A DNA stretch of 64,000 nt from Kofleriaceae bacterium (GCA_965215005.1 CBDCCZ010000049.1:64001-128000), one strand, 5' to 3'; numbered from the stretch's first letter, positions 42,110 to 54,278 are shown. Made by a program: numbers and translations. The notes: generated by a model not told the origin, from the letters alone.

Positions 42110-45022
42110 ATGAAGAGTAAGAAATGCCTCGCGCTGCTTGCGGCGACCGCGTCCATGGCAACGAGCGCGGGGATCGCCGTCGCTGTCAACGGCGCGCAGC
42201 AGGCTCGCACGCTGCCATCCTATGACCTGGCCTCGGGAGAAGACGTGGTGCCGCTGAGCGGCGGCGACGTCACCGTGCAGACGCCGGCGGCGATGCGCTC
42301 GCGGCAGCAAGCGTTTCAAGCCGCGGTCACCGCCGACGTGGGCGAGCCGTGGATGCTCTCCTACGACATCACCACCGGGGTGCCGAGCCGGCTCTACGGC
42401 AAAGGCATTGCGGCGCCGGCAACCGTGCGCTCGGCAGCCGCGGCGGAGGCCTTCGCCCGCGCCTTCCTGGCCAAGCACCTCGACTTTCTCGCACCGGGCG
42501 CGTCGATCGACGACCTGATGCTTGCCGATAATCTCTTGATCGAGCGCGGCCACGCGCGCCACGTCGGCTTCGTACAACACTACAAGGGCATGCCGCTGGT
42601 CGCCGGCGGCGGCGTTACGTTTTACTTCAAGAACGATCGCCTGGCGACCATCACCTCGGAGGCAATGCCCGAGGTCGCGGTTGCGCAGCCGAGCTCTCTC
42701 GGTGCTCCGGCGAACGCGCGCGCCAGTGCGGCGGCATGGATGGGCGCTTCGCTCGGCCAGTCGCTAACGGCGAGCGACGTCGTCGGCGAGCCCGAAGGGC
42801 CGCTGGTGCTGCCGCTGGTCAAGGGCAGCGCGTTCGCACCGGCACGCATCGAGTATCGCGTGGTGTACCGCGTGGCGGTACAGACCGCAAAGCCCGTCAG
42901 CGGCTACGACGTGTTCGTCGATGCCACCACCGGTGTTGCGCTAGCACGCCGCCAGACGACGTTGTTCGTGAGCGGCACGGTTGGGTGGCAGCTCGGCAAG
43001 CGCCGCGCGAGCTCTGAGCTGCAGTTCGTTGCCGCGAGCAACGCCAAGACCAGCGTCGGCGATACCGATGCCGCCGGCAACGTTGAGGTCGGCGCCGGCG
43101 GAGCGGTCCGGCTCGAGACCAGCGGACGACTGGTGCGCATCGACAACAAAGCCGGCTCCAGCGTGTTCTCTGCGGAGGTCAACTCGGTTCCCGGCGGCCA
43201 AGCCTTTGCGACCGCACCGACCCGCGACCTCGACTACGCGGTGGTCAACACGTTCTCTTACTTAAACTTCGTGTTCGAGTACGCGCGTGCTCTCAATCCA
43301 TCGCTCGCGCAGCTCAACCGACCGATGACCGCCAACGTCAACCTCAACAACATCAACTGCAATGCCTCCTACACCAACTGGACGACCAACTTCTTTCAGA
43401 GTGGCGGCCAGTGCGGCAACACCGGCGCGCTTGCCGACGTGGTCATGCACGAGTTTGGCCACGGGCTCCACCAGTTCTCACTGCTATCCGGCGTGCGGTT
43501 TGACGGCGCCCTCAGCGAAGCGCACGGCGACATCCTCGCCACCACCATTGCGGGACGCCCCAACCTCGGCGAGGGCTTCTTCCTAAACAACCCCAGCGCC
43601 GGTCTTCGCGAGCTCGATCCGCAGGTCGATAAAGTCTTTCCGAGGGATATCTCCGGTCAGGTCCACACCGATGGCGAGGTTTACGGCGGAACCATGTGGG
43701 ACCTGCGCAAGGCCCTCGTTGCGAAGCTCGGCGAGGCCGCGGGCGTCGCTCGGTTCAACCAGATTTGGTACGACTCGATGCGCCGCGCCAACAACATGCA
43801 AACCGCCGACGTGCACATCTTCGAGGCGGACGACGACGACGGCGATGTCACCAACGGCACGCCCAACGCGTGCGAAATCGCTGCGACCCTAGAGGCGCAC
43901 GGCCTGCTCTTGACCGTCGGCAACACGCCAACCTCCCCCACGATTCGCACGCCGAGCCTCGACGGGATGACCGTTGCGTTCGACGTCGAAACCCCCAACA
44001 GCGATTGCGTCGTGGCGCAGGTGCAGTCGGCTTCGCTGCGCTGGAAGGTGCGCGGCGACGATAGTGACGCCGGCAATGTAGCAATGACCGCGACCGCAAC
44101 GGGATACAAGGCGGTGCTGCCCGCGAAGTCGAGCGGCACCGTGCTCAACTATCAAATCGTCGTGGAGCTCACCGATGGCAATACGACCACGTGGCCGCGC
44201 AACGCCGCCGATCCCTGGTACGAGATGTACGTCGGCCCGGTCGAAGAGGTCTATTGCGCGCGCATGGACACCGACCCCGGCTTCACCACCGGCGGCACCG
44301 GCGTCAGTTGGCAGTACGGCCCCGCCGTGGCCTCCGGCGACGACCCTGCCGCGGCCTACACCGGCACCAATATCTTTGGACAGAACCTCGGACTTCCCTA
44401 TACCGCCAGCGCGGAGAGCTGGGCCGAGGTGAAAGTCGATGGCCTCGAAGGCCGCGAGAACCTGCACTTGCAGTATCGCCGCTGGCTCAACGTGGAAGAC
44501 GGCAACTTCGACCAAGCGACGATTTCGATCAACGGCAAGAACGCATGGTCCAACTTGAACAGCGCGCAAGGCGACAACAGCAACGTTCACCATAAAGATG
44601 GCGAGTGGCGCTTTCATGACATTGCGCTCGCGCCGTATCTCGATGGCAGCGGCTCCGCCACCATTCGCTTTTCGCTCACCTCCGATGCGGGACTCGAGTT
44701 TGGCGGCTGGAACCTCGATGACGTGTGCGTCGTCGCCATGGCAACCGGACCGGTCTGCGGCAACGGCGAGGTCGAAGAGACCGAGCAATGCGATGACAGC
44801 AACACCGCCGATGGCGACGGCTGTTCGGCGAGCTGTCAAACCGAGGGTGTCGACGAGGACACCGACGAAGACACCGACACCGATACCGGCAACGAAAGCC
44901 CCGCGGACGGGGATGACGCTGGCGGCTGCGGATGCCGCGCTGGAAGCGATCCGTCGCAGACCGGCGCTGCGATCTTCCTGATGCTCGGTGTCATCGCAAT
45001 CTTGCGACGCCGCCGCTGCTAA
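42110..45022 (+). CDS. Secreted gluzincin metallopeptidase (M4/M36-like) with myxococcal Cys-rich repeat and MYXO-CTERM
   Basis: Signal peptide MKSKKCLALL, propeptide (VFVDATTG), HEFGH and LSEAHGD, CGNGEVEETEQCDDSN...GCSASC repeat, and GGCGC...hydrophobic...RRRR C-terminus. Confidence 0.85.
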   Translation: MKSKKCLALLAATASMATSAGIAVAVNGAQQARTLPSYDLASGEDVVPLSGGDVTVQTPAAMRSRQQAFQAAVTADVGEPWMLSYDITTGVPSRLYGKGIAAPATVRSAAAAEAFARAFLAKHLDFLAPGASIDDLMLADNLLIERGHARHVGFVQHYKGMPLVAGGGVTFYFKNDRLATITSEAMPEVAVAQPSSLGAPANARASAAAWMGASLGQSLTASDVVGEPEGPLVLPLVKGSAFAPARIEYRVVYRVAVQTAKPVSGYDVFVDATTGVALARRQTTLFVSGTVGWQLGKRRASSELQFVAASNAKTSVGDTDAAGNVEVGAGGAVRLETSGRLVRIDNKAGSSVFSAEVNSVPGGQAFATAPTRDLDYAVVNTFSYLNFVFEYARALNPSLAQLNRPMTANVNLNNINCNASYTNWTTNFFQSGGQCGNTGALADVVMHEFGHGLHQFSLLSGVRFDGALSEAHGDILATTIAGRPNLGEGFFLNNPSAGLRELDPQVDKVFPRDISGQVHTDGEVYGGTMWDLRKALVAKLGEAAGVARFNQIWYDSMRRANNMQTADVHIFEADDDDGDVTNGTPNACEIAATLEAHGLLLTVGNTPTSPTIRTPSLDGMTVAFDVETPNSDCVVAQVQSASLRWKVRGDDSDAGNVAMTATATGYKAVLPAKSSGTVLNYQIVVELTDGNTTTWPRNAADPWYEMYVGPVEEVYCARMDTDPGFTTGGTGVSWQYGPAVASGDDPAAAYTGTNIFGQNLGLPYTASAESWAEVKVDGLEGRENLHLQYRRWLNVEDGNFDQATISINGKNAWSNLNSAQGDNSNVHHKDGEWRFHDIALAPYLDGSGSATIRFSLTSDAGLEFGGWNLDDVCVVAMATGPVCGNGEVEETEQCDDSNTADGDGCSASCQTEGVDEDTDEDTDTDTGNESPADGDDAGGCGCRAGSDPSQTGAAIFLMLGVIAILRRRRC

Positions 45023-45035
45023 AGCACATCATCGT

Positions 45036-45063
45036 GGTCGCAGGGCATCCTGGTCCTGCGACC
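45036..45063. terminator. Hairpin between convergent peptidase and tesB genes
   Basis: GGTCGCAGGG-CATCCTGG-TCCTGCGACC, followed by CTTT. Confidence 0.55.
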
Positions 45064-45081
45064 CTTTGATCCGCGACTGCC

Positions 45082-45969
45082 CTAACGGCGGTCGCGAATC
45101 AATCCCTCCTGCATCGTCGAAGCCACCAACACGCCATCGCGCGTGAACCAACGGCCGCGCGCCAACCCTCGCGCTGCCTGCGCCGACGGCGCATCGATAT
45201 CGTAGAGAAGCCAGTCATCGAAGCGAAACGCGCGGTGCAGCCACATCGCGTGGTCGAGGCTCGCCACCTGCATCCCTGGGGTTAGCCAACTCACGCCGTG
45301 AGGCTGCATCGTCGAGCCGAGCAAGTGGAAATCCGATGCGTAGGCGAGGATGTATTGGTGGATCGAGCGCTGGTCGGGCAACTGACCATTGGCGCGAAAC
45401 CACACCTGGCGGCGCGGCTCGCTAACGCTCGGTTTCATCGGGTCCATCGGCACCACCGGGCGGATCTCGATGGGCCGGTCGCTCACCACCCGCTCGCGCA
45501 TCGCCTGCGGGATCGCGGCGAGCGCGCTCGCGGGCAACCGCTCGAGATAGCGCCGCCCGAGCTCTTGCTCGGAACGCAGCCCATCGGGCCCCGCGACCTC
45601 GGGCATGACGTCGGCCTGATGATCGAATCCAGGCTCTTCGAGCTGAAATGAAGCCGAAAGGCTGAAGATCGCCCGGCCATCTTGAACCGCGACGACTCGA
45701 CGCGTGGTGAAGCTGCGGCCGTCGCGAATTGGGTCGACCGTGAAGACAATCGACTTGTTTGCATCGCCTGGACGCAGGAAGTAGCCGTGCAGGGAATGCA
45801 CGGGACGGTCGCTCGGCACCGTCTGCTCGGCAGCCGACAACGACTGCCCGAGCACCTGGCCGCCAAACACGCGTCCCCAGCCCAAGTCCTGGCTCCGACC
45901 GCGAAAGATGTTTTCCTCGATCCGCTCGAGGCTGAGGATATCGATTAGCTCGCTGAGCACGTTCCGCAT
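45082..45969 (-). CDS. tesB: Acyl-CoA thioesterase II (start ATG at 45969)
   Basis: RVFGGQVLGQ, HSLHGYFLRPGD, RDGRSFTTRRV, ASLDHAMW and QEGLIR motifs. Confidence 0.95.
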   Translation of the reverse strand: MRNVLSELIDILSLERIEENIFRGRSQDLGWGRVFGGQVLGQSLSAAEQTVPSDRPVHSLHGYFLRPGDANKSIVFTVDPIRDGRSFTTRRVVAVQDGRAIFSLSASFQLEEPGFDHQADVMPEVAGPDGLRSEQELGRRYLERLPASALAAIPQAMRERVVSDRPIEIRPVVPMDPMKPSVSEPRRQVWFRANGQLPDQRSIHQYILAYASDFHLLGSTMQPHGVSWLTPGMQVASLDHAMWLHRAFRFDDWLLYDIDAPSAQAARGLARGRWFTRDGVLVASTMQEGLIRDRR

Positions 45970-46185
45970 CGCGTCAACCTTGGTCCTGCAAGCGCGCGTG
46001 CGCCAGTTTTGCCTCGCAACCAAACGCCGCACAGCGCTCGGCACGCTCCTGCCTCTGGTTGACCGCGGCCACCCGCGCAGCAGGTGAGATATCGCGGGAT
46101 TCCTACCGAGTTCCTGCCGCCGCGCGTTTCACCATCGCCGCGAGTGCGGCATGATGCGCCCTATCGTACTCAATTTGGAGGCACC

Positions 46186-46782
46186 ATGCTCACCCTCGTT
46201 CACGCACCGCAGTCGCGCTCGTCCCGCATCCTCTGGCTCCTCGAAGAGCTGGGAGCCGAATACGAGGTCATTTACGTCGAGATCGAACGCCGCGACGGGA
46301 CCGGCCGGCAGGACCCGAAGAACCCGCACCCAGACAAGAAAGTCCCTGCGCTGCTTCACGACGGCGTGACCATCACCGAGTCCACGGCGATCGCGCTCTA
46401 CTTGACCGACATGCACCCGCACGCGGGCTTGGGACCGCGCATCAATGATGCCAAACGCGGCACCTACCTCACGTGGCTCTCGTATTACGGCGGAGTGATC
46501 GAGCCGGTCATGACGTTGGCGATGGCAGGCGTTGGCGACAACGAAGCGGTTCGCCGTGCGTTCCGCGGCCGCGAGCAGATCGATACCCGCATTCGCGAAG
46601 CGCTCAAGATGGGACCGTATCTGATTGGCGAGCAATTTACGGCTGCCGATATCCTCCTCACGAGCATGGGCCTATGGTCCCGGGAGCTGCTTCCTGCGGG
46701 GGAAGAAATCGATAGCTACATCGCTCGCTGCACCAAGCGGCCGGCACTAGAGCGCGCCCAGAAACAAGACGCCGAGGCGTGA
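46186..46782 (+). CDS. Glutathione S-transferase family protein (start ATG at 46186)
   Basis: SRSSRILWLLEELG, KVPAL, ESTAIALYL and FTAADI motifs; GGAGG ribosome-binding site. Confidence 0.92.
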   Translation: MLTLVHAPQSRSSRILWLLEELGAEYEVIYVEIERRDGTGRQDPKNPHPDKKVPALLHDGVTITESTAIALYLTDMHPHAGLGPRINDAKRGTYLTWLSYYGGVIEPVMTLAMAGVGDNEAVRRAFRGREQIDTRIREALKMGPYLIGEQFTAADILLTSMGLWSRELLPAGEEIDSYIARCTKRPALERAQKQDAEA

Positions 46783-46783
46783 C

Positions 46784-49171
46784 TCAACGCAGCGCCCGCG
46801 CGACTTGCTGCGCGAGCTCACTCACGCGGTAGGGCTTCTTGACGAAGCCCTTCACACCATCTGCAAGGTAGTCAACGCTGCCCTGCCGCGTGAAGCCAGA
46901 GGAATACAAGGCGCGCACGTCGGGCGCGATGCGTTTCATCGCGGCAAGCGCCTCGCGCCCGCTCATCGACGGCATGACCATATCGAGGATGACCAGGTCG
47001 ATCCGCTGATGCTCGCTCGTAAACACTCGAAGCGCCGCAGCGCCATCGTCCGCCTCGATGACCTCGTAACCGAGCTGGCGAAGCAAGCGGCACGCGACCC
47101 GCCGTACCATCGGCTCATCGTCCGCGAGCAAGATTCGACCGCGACCGCGCGGCGGCGCGAGTTGCGACACCTTGGTGGGCACCGCCGCAGCGCTCACCGG
47201 CAGATACAGGCAAGCGATGGTCCCTTGCCCGAGCTCGCTGCGCAGCGCAATCTCGCCGCCGTGATCGCGCACGGCGCTGTAGGCTGAGGACAATCCGAGG
47301 CCAGTGCCGTGGCCAACTTCTTTGGTCGTGAAAAACGGCTCGAACGCGCGCTCCACCGTCTCTGCGGTCATCCCCCCGCCCGAGTCGCGAACCTCGACCT
47401 CGATGTAGGGGCCTGGCGCCAGCGCAGCGCCGCTGGTTTCGCAGTACGCCGCGTCGAGATCGAGGTTGCAACTGGAGATGGTCAACGTCCCGCCGTCGAC
47501 CATGGCATCTCGGGCGTTGAGACCTAGGTTTAGGATCGCATTCTGCAGCTGCGCAGGATCGCCGTACACGCAACGCATCCTGGCGGTGAGCTGCTCGCGT
47601 ATCAGGATATTGCGATTGACGGTACGCATGAGCAACGCGATGGCAGAGCTCACCACCTCATGGACGTCCACCGGCTCGCGAACTTGTCGTCCCTTGCGTG
47701 AGAAATCGAGCAGCTTTTGGGTGAGCTGGGCGGCGTTGTCTGCTGCTTCGAGAATGGTGTCGGCGACCTCTACCAGCGCGGGCCGATCGCGCAGCCCGCG
47801 AGTGAGAATTTCAGCGGACCCCATGATGGCGGTGAGCATGTTGTTGAAGTCATGCGCGATCCCGCCGGCGAGCTGGCCAATCGAGTCCATCTTTTGGCTC
47901 TGTCGTACCTGCTCTTCGAGGCGACGCTGCTCGGTGACGTCGCGAAACACCAGCACGACGCCCACCGCAGTTCCATCCGCCGCACGCATGGGCGCGGCGT
48001 TCTCGGCGATCTTCCAGCATCGACCGGTTCGCGAACGCAGCGTCGCATCCATGCGACGATCCTCGTTGCTGCTATCGAGTAGCCAACTCAGGGGCAGCGA
48101 CTCGACGCCGTCCTCTTCCTCCCGCTCCACGCAATACACCTCACCCAGCAGACGTCCAAGCGCATCGCCTCGGTTCCACCCCGTGAGCTGCTCGGCGACC
48201 GGATTCATCCGCAGCACGCGACCGGCCGCGTCAGCGGCGATGACCCCATCACCAATCGACTCGAGCGTGATGCGCAGGTTCTCTTCGCTCTGGATCAGCG
48301 CATCTTCGGCGAGCTTGCGATCGGTGATGTCCTCAAAGGTTCCAAGGATCCCCACCACCGCGCCCGCCGCGTCGTGCAGCGGAATTTTATTGGTGACCAG
48401 CCAGGCCTGTCTGCCGTCGGCCTGCAGCTGCGGCTCGATGATGTGCAGCTCGCCAGAGTCCCGCTCCATGACCCGCCGATCCACCTGCCGGAAGAAGTCG
48501 GCTTCCTCGCGCTTCCATGCCAGCTCATAGTCGGTCTTGCCGACGATCGCCTCTACCGAGGGCACTCCAGCGACCTTCGCCAGGTTGCGGTTGCAACCGA
48601 GATACACCGAGTCGCGATCTTTCCAAAACACGTGCTGCGGAATGTTATCGAGCACCAGCTGGAACATTTCCGTCGCGCGCCGCAGCTCCTCCTCGATACG
48701 CTTGCGCTCGCGAATGTCGCGCATGATGGTCGAGAGGTACGCCACGGCGCCATCCGGGTGGCGGTGCACGACGATCACCTGCGACACTGGGATTTCCTCG
48801 CCGGTGCGCGTGAGCACCGCCGTCTCTCCTTGCCAGTTGCCGTGGCGCAGCGCCGCCGGCAGCCCCTCCTCGTGAACCTTGCGCACCGCCCACGCCGGAC
48901 GTAGGTCATCGATTCGGAATCCTTCTAACGACTCATCGGGCGCTAACCCTAGCAGCAAGCGGCCGGCGCGATTCAAGTAGGCCAACCGACCATCGGGCTC
49001 GGCGGCGCCGACGAGGTCGGTGGTTGCCTCGAGCAATGCAACCAGTCGCTGCTCCCATCCGCGCGGATCACGACGTTCGCGCTCGAGCTCCTCGATGCGA
49101 GCCTCGAGCGCAGCGATGCGAGCCGCTGCGCCAAGGTGCTCGTCGACGGTCTTGCCCTCCTGCCTACCCAC
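46784..49171 (-). CDS. Cytoplasmic hybrid histidine kinase (3 PAS domains, HisKA, HATPase, REC)
   Basis: PAS/PAC repeats (RDIRERK, EDITDRK, RDVTEQR), AHDFNN H-box, GTGLGL, C-terminal REC domain (LDMVMP, KPY). Confidence 0.95.
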   Translation of the reverse strand: MGRQEGKTVDEHLGAAARIAALEARIEELERERRDPRGWEQRLVALLEATTDLVGAAEPDGRLAYLNRAGRLLLGLAPDESLEGFRIDDLRPAWAVRKVHEEGLPAALRHGNWQGETAVLTRTGEEIPVSQVIVVHRHPDGAVAYLSTIMRDIRERKRIEEELRRATEMFQLVLDNIPQHVFWKDRDSVYLGCNRNLAKVAGVPSVEAIVGKTDYELAWKREEADFFRQVDRRVMERDSGELHIIEPQLQADGRQAWLVTNKIPLHDAAGAVVGILGTFEDITDRKLAEDALIQSEENLRITLESIGDGVIAADAAGRVLRMNPVAEQLTGWNRGDALGRLLGEVYCVEREEEDGVESLPLSWLLDSSNEDRRMDATLRSRTGRCWKIAENAAPMRAADGTAVGVVLVFRDVTEQRRLEEQVRQSQKMDSIGQLAGGIAHDFNNMLTAIMGSAEILTRGLRDRPALVEVADTILEAADNAAQLTQKLLDFSRKGRQVREPVDVHEVVSSAIALLMRTVNRNILIREQLTARMRCVYGDPAQLQNAILNLGLNARDAMVDGGTLTISSCNLDLDAAYCETSGAALAPGPYIEVEVRDSGGGMTAETVERAFEPFFTTKEVGHGTGLGLSSAYSAVRDHGGEIALRSELGQGTIACLYLPVSAAAVPTKVSQLAPPRGRGRILLADDEPMVRRVACRLLRQLGYEVIEADDGAAALRVFTSEHQRIDLVILDMVMPSMSGREALAAMKRIAPDVRALYSSGFTRQGSVDYLADGVKGFVKKPYRVSELAQQVARALR

Positions 49172-49210
49172 GGTCGCTCGCTCATTGTAAGAGCAGCCGC
49201 ACGCGATTTT

Positions 49211-50542
49211 CTAGGGACTCCGCGTGATGTACTCCCCGAGCTCGGCCGCCGACAGATCGACGCTTGGATCGATGAGCGGCGCGCTGCGGCGCCCATTGAG
49301 CGACACCGCCACCTCTGCCCACACGCGCACCTCGCGATGACCTCGCGACGCAAAATCCGCGGCGATGCGGCGCGCGAGCTGGTGCACCATGCCCGGCTGG
49401 ATGCTCATCATCTTCTCTTGTCGGGGCGTTAGGTACTCGCGCGGATACACCGTCCATTCGCCCGTCGCAGTGGTCACGTGGAAGCGCGCGTTGCCGGCCT
49501 TCTCAGCGACCATCACCTTCCACGACCACCGCATACCCTGCTCGGTCCACAAGACGTTGCCGGGATAGAGGAAGTGCCGCAGCGGCACGAGGAGCTGCAG
49601 GGCGAAGTGCGCGGTGAGCGCGACGGCACCGGTGCGGTGGCGCCAGGTGATGCGCGGTTGTGCAACCGCCGCTAAAGGCATCAGTGGCGCGTTGCGTCGT
49701 GGCCAACTCGGCGGGAAGAACAGCGTCGCGTTGGCGATCATCAGCCACGGAAACAATCCCAGCGAGAATATGCGGAACGTCGCGAGGTGGAATATCACCG
49801 CGGCCGCAAAGGCAAGTGTGCGGGTGCGTCGCCACGACAGCGCGGCCGGCAGAAGCAAGTCGAACACGGCCGCAGACCAGCTCGCCGCATAGGCCATCCA
49901 TTGCTCGCGCAAGAGAGCTCCGAGCAGCGGAATATCAGAGCTGGCAGCAAACCAAATGCGCAGCGGCTGCGCCTGCAGCAGCCAGTCGGCGTTGAGCTTG
50001 GCGACGCCGGCGAACACGTAAACCAGCCCCACCTGCGCCCGCAGCACCCAAAGACACCACCGCGGTGCGACGGCGACGCCGCGTCCAAGCGGCATGAACA
50101 CCAAGAGCAGCGCGAGGATGCTCACCAAGTAATAGTGATTGAGGTAGTTCGTCTGATCGAGCAGCTCCACGTACGTGAAGCCGAGGAAGAATAAAGCTGT
50201 GCTCGCTCGCCACCACACACCAGCGGCGATGCATACCGCCAAGCATCCCAATGCTGCGAAGTGAACGTACATTCCCCAGTCCGGCCACGGCGAGAGCCAC
50301 TCGAAGCCGTGATAGGGAAACCACATCGACGGCTCGATGTAGAGCTGGGCGATCCAGCCATACGCAAAGAACCGCACCACGCCCACGAACATGAGCGCGC
50401 CGAACGCAACCCGCCACGCGACCATGGAGGCAGCATCGATGGGCTCGAGAGCACGCTCCAGAAGTCGCCGAGGACGTCTAACAGCCGGCAGCAGTGACCC
50501 TCCACTCTTGGCGTCGAGCTCCGCCGCAGGCGCGGAGCTCAT
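49211..50542 (-). CDS. HTTM-domain membrane protein (vitamin K-dependent gamma-carboxylase-like)
   Basis: WRVAFG, YLNHYYL, VYVFAGVAKLNADWL, FHL...LGLFPW, WTEQGMRWSWKVM and SLNGR...LIDP motifs. Confidence 0.88.
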   Translation of the reverse strand: MSSAPAAELDAKSGGSLLPAVRRPRRLLERALEPIDAASMVAWRVAFGALMFVGVVRFFAYGWIAQLYIEPSMWFPYHGFEWLSPWPDWGMYVHFAALGCLAVCIAAGVWWRASTALFFLGFTYVELLDQTNYLNHYYLVSILALLLVFMPLGRGVAVAPRWCLWVLRAQVGLVYVFAGVAKLNADWLLQAQPLRIWFAASSDIPLLGALLREQWMAYAASWSAAVFDLLLPAALSWRRTRTLAFAAAVIFHLATFRIFSLGLFPWLMIANATLFFPPSWPRRNAPLMPLAAVAQPRITWRHRTGAVALTAHFALQLLVPLRHFLYPGNVLWTEQGMRWSWKVMVAEKAGNARFHVTTATGEWTVYPREYLTPRQEKMMSIQPGMVHQLARRIAADFASRGHREVRVWAEVAVSLNGRRSAPLIDPSVDLSAAELGEYITRSP

Positions 50543-50550
50543 TAGACTGC

Positions 50551-51630
50551 TCAGTCACCGTCACTGTCACCGAAGGTCGGCGTGAGCCCCAAGACGCCGG
50601 CGACATCGACAACGTGCAGGTTATAGAGGGTCTTGGCGCACGCGAAGGCCGCCTCGACCTCGGTCGGCGAGGACACGACCGCCTCTTCCAACGGGGGCAA
50701 AATCGCCTCGAGTGCGGCGTTGCAACGCTCGTAGGTGGCAAGAACCTCGGCATCGAGCTGGGGATCGAGGCCGCGAACCGCGCTGCTAAAGCTCGTTCCA
50801 CTGCCTTCGCCTAAGCTCGCGGTGTAGACAGCCAGCGCACCCTCGAGTGCAAGCCCGGCGTCGCTGAGCGAGGCGTGAGCATACGGCGACTCCACGGCCT
50901 GCGGCTGCGGCTGACCGCCGTCGCGCTTACCCAGCGGCTTTGCGAGCTTCATGCTCTCGATGTTGGCGAGGCCACCAAACAGCGCGTTGGCTACCGCGTT
51001 GAGCGCCATCGACAGCGCATCGTAGGTGCCACTGCCGTCGCCGGCGAGGATGAGCTCGCCGCGAAAGTCGCCGCCTTCGGGCTCCCACGCGCGCAGCAGC
51101 GCCTCGACGCGCTCATCGATGGCGCGCGCCACCGCCGCGGCGTAGGCGCATGCGCGCGGCTCGACAAGACGATCGGCACGCGCGAATAGGAGATACTCGA
51201 GCGCCGGAAAGCCTTTGCGGGTGACACCGAGATTGCCGACGTAGGCGTCATCGATCGGAGTGACCTGGTCGAGCTCATCGTCAATGTCGCCCGGGCGTGG
51301 GGGCCAGAAATCCAGCGCGGCGACGATCCGCAAATCGGTGGCTGGGCCGAAGCGAAGTGCTTCGGCGCGCTTCCACGGCCCCCGCGCATCTCGCCACGCC
51401 TGGCGCGCCGATTCCACCGCGGCCGCATCATCGGGCTTCTCGCACAGCGATTCCACGGCCATTGCTAGCGCTGTGGTGACCGGCGGCAACTCGCGATAGG
51501 TCGGCAGAATAACGCCGTCCGTGAGGTCGATGAGCAGCTGGCGACGGCTATCCGGATGACCGCTCGCGCCACCACTGCTCGAGCAACCGCCGCTCATCAA
51601 CACGAGCAAGCACAACCATCGCCAATTCAT
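50551..51630 (-). CDS. Imelysin-family lipoprotein (His-less variant)
   Basis: Lipobox SGG-C, ARQAW...FGP, KGFPALEYLLF, C-terminal LGLTPTFGDSDGD. Confidence 0.85.
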   Translation of the reverse strand: MNWRWLCLLVLMSGGCSSSGGASGHPDSRRQLLIDLTDGVILPTYRELPPVTTALAMAVESLCEKPDDAAAVESARQAWRDARGPWKRAEALRFGPATDLRIVAALDFWPPRPGDIDDELDQVTPIDDAYVGNLGVTRKGFPALEYLLFARADRLVEPRACAYAAAVARAIDERVEALLRAWEPEGGDFRGELILAGDGSGTYDALSMALNAVANALFGGLANIESMKLAKPLGKRDGGQPQPQAVESPYAHASLSDAGLALEGALAVYTASLGEGSGTSFSSAVRGLDPQLDAEVLATYERCNAALEAILPPLEEAVVSSPTEVEAAFACAKTLYNLHVVDVAGVLGLTPTFGDSDGD

Positions 51631-52994
51631 AACGACTCCAAGAACTCGATAAGCGTGGCGCGTTCTTCGGCGGAAGCCAGACGGAACGCCTCGCGCGCGG
51701 CCTCTGCTTCGCCTCCATGCCAGAGAATGGCTTCGGCCAGGCCCCGCGCACGACCATCGTGCAGCAGAAACAGGTGCTCATTAACGGCCTGCTGCAGCCC
51801 CAATCCCCACAGCGGCGGCGTTCGCCATTCGCTACCGGTGGCCAGGTGGTCGGCGCGACCATCTGCCAACGCGGGTCCCATATCGTGCAGTAGCAGGTCC
51901 GTGTAGGGATGAATCGTCTGCTCCGCCAGCTCGGGAAGCGCAGCATACGCGCCGGTGCGCAAGGTGGCGATATGGCAGTCGGCACAACCAATGTCCTGGA
52001 ACATCGCCTTGCCGGCGAGCACCTCTGGCCGCTCCCACTCGCGCCGTGCCGGCACCGCCAGCGCCAGTGAGTAGAACGTAACATCGTCGAGAATGGCAGT
52101 CTGCAGCTCGGGCTCGCCGCCGCTCGCCGCCGCAGCACACGCCACTTGCGCCGCGGTGCACGACTCACTCGGCAACAGCGCCGAGGTCAGGCCGATATCG
52201 CCGAGAAACGCACCGGCGCTCTGCTGCCGAACCGTCGGCTGGTTTGCCTTCCAGCCAAAGCGACCTACGGCGAGCTTACCGGTCTCGAGCAATGGAACTT
52301 CGTTGACTCGACCGGAGATTCCGTCGCCGTCTGAATCCATGGGATCAGCCAGCTCGCGGAGGGTGGCCTCGGGAACCGCCTCCAAGAGCCCCAAACCGAT
52401 CATCGCTGGCGCGACCCGCGGCGACACGAGAACCTCTGGCGACATCGGCCCAAATCCCAGCTCCACGAACGAATACTGCGGCTGACGCAAAGCATAGGCG
52501 CTGCCATCGCCGTAGCTGCCGGCGCGCTCGCTATAGGTCACCAAGGCCTTGCCCTCGGCTGGCACCCCCGGAATCGACAACGGCTGAAACTGGTCGCCGT
52601 ACGTTGGCTCCGGGCCTCCGTCGGGCATGCCCAGGCGCAAAAGCAGCGAGCCTAGCGGCTCATCGGCCTGCACGGGCGGACGCCCGCGACCATCGCGCAC
52701 GTGGCAGCCTTCGCACGAGCGCGCGTTGAAAACGGGCCCGAGCCCATCGCGAGAGTCGGTTGACGACGGAGCAGCGACCCAGTCGTCGCGGAACAAGGCG
52801 CGCCCGCGGAAGAACGCGCGCTCGTCATCACGCGCCAGCATCGGCAGCGGGTGGCCGAACGCCGCGCGCGTTGCGTCGAAGACCGTGCCAGCACCCCCGG
52901 AACGCTCCTCGTCGGGCTCGGCGACGAGCGGCGAGATCGTGCAACCGGCAACCGCAAGTGTCCAAAGCAGCGACCAAGGGATCTTGGTTGTCAT
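51627..52994 (-). CDS. Di-heme oxidoreductase family lipoprotein (DUF1111/DHOR)
   Basis: Two CxxCH motifs (CEGCH, CADCH), plus GLGPVFNA, GRFGWKA, YTDLLLHDMG, WRTPPLWG and LHDGRAR. Confidence 0.92.
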   Translation of the reverse strand: MTTKIPWSLLWTLAVAGCTISPLVAEPDEERSGGAGTVFDATRAAFGHPLPMLARDDERAFFRGRALFRDDWVAAPSSTDSRDGLGPVFNARSCEGCHVRDGRGRPPVQADEPLGSLLLRLGMPDGGPEPTYGDQFQPLSIPGVPAEGKALVTYSERAGSYGDGSAYALRQPQYSFVELGFGPMSPEVLVSPRVAPAMIGLGLLEAVPEATLRELADPMDSDGDGISGRVNEVPLLETGKLAVGRFGWKANQPTVRQQSAGAFLGDIGLTSALLPSESCTAAQVACAAAASGGEPELQTAILDDVTFYSLALAVPARREWERPEVLAGKAMFQDIGCADCHIATLRTGAYAALPELAEQTIHPYTDLLLHDMGPALADGRADHLATGSEWRTPPLWGLGLQQAVNEHLFLLHDGRARGLAEAILWHGGEAEAAREAFRLASAEERATLIEFLESL

Positions 52995-52997
52995 GAC

Positions 52998-54200
<1,203 letters not shown>

Positions 54201-54261
54201 TCAAACTCTCCTTGAACGGTTGCAGCAGCAGCAGATGCCGCGCTGCCTACGCTACATGAGT

Positions 54262-54278
54262 TTGAAAATAGATTTCAA
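54262..54278. promoter_or_regulatory. Fur-box-like AT-rich inverted repeat upstream of the imelysin operon
   Basis: TTGAAA-ATAGA-TTTCAA within an AT island. It overlaps a possible - strand promoter TTGAAA-N18-TAGCGT. Confidence 0.7.
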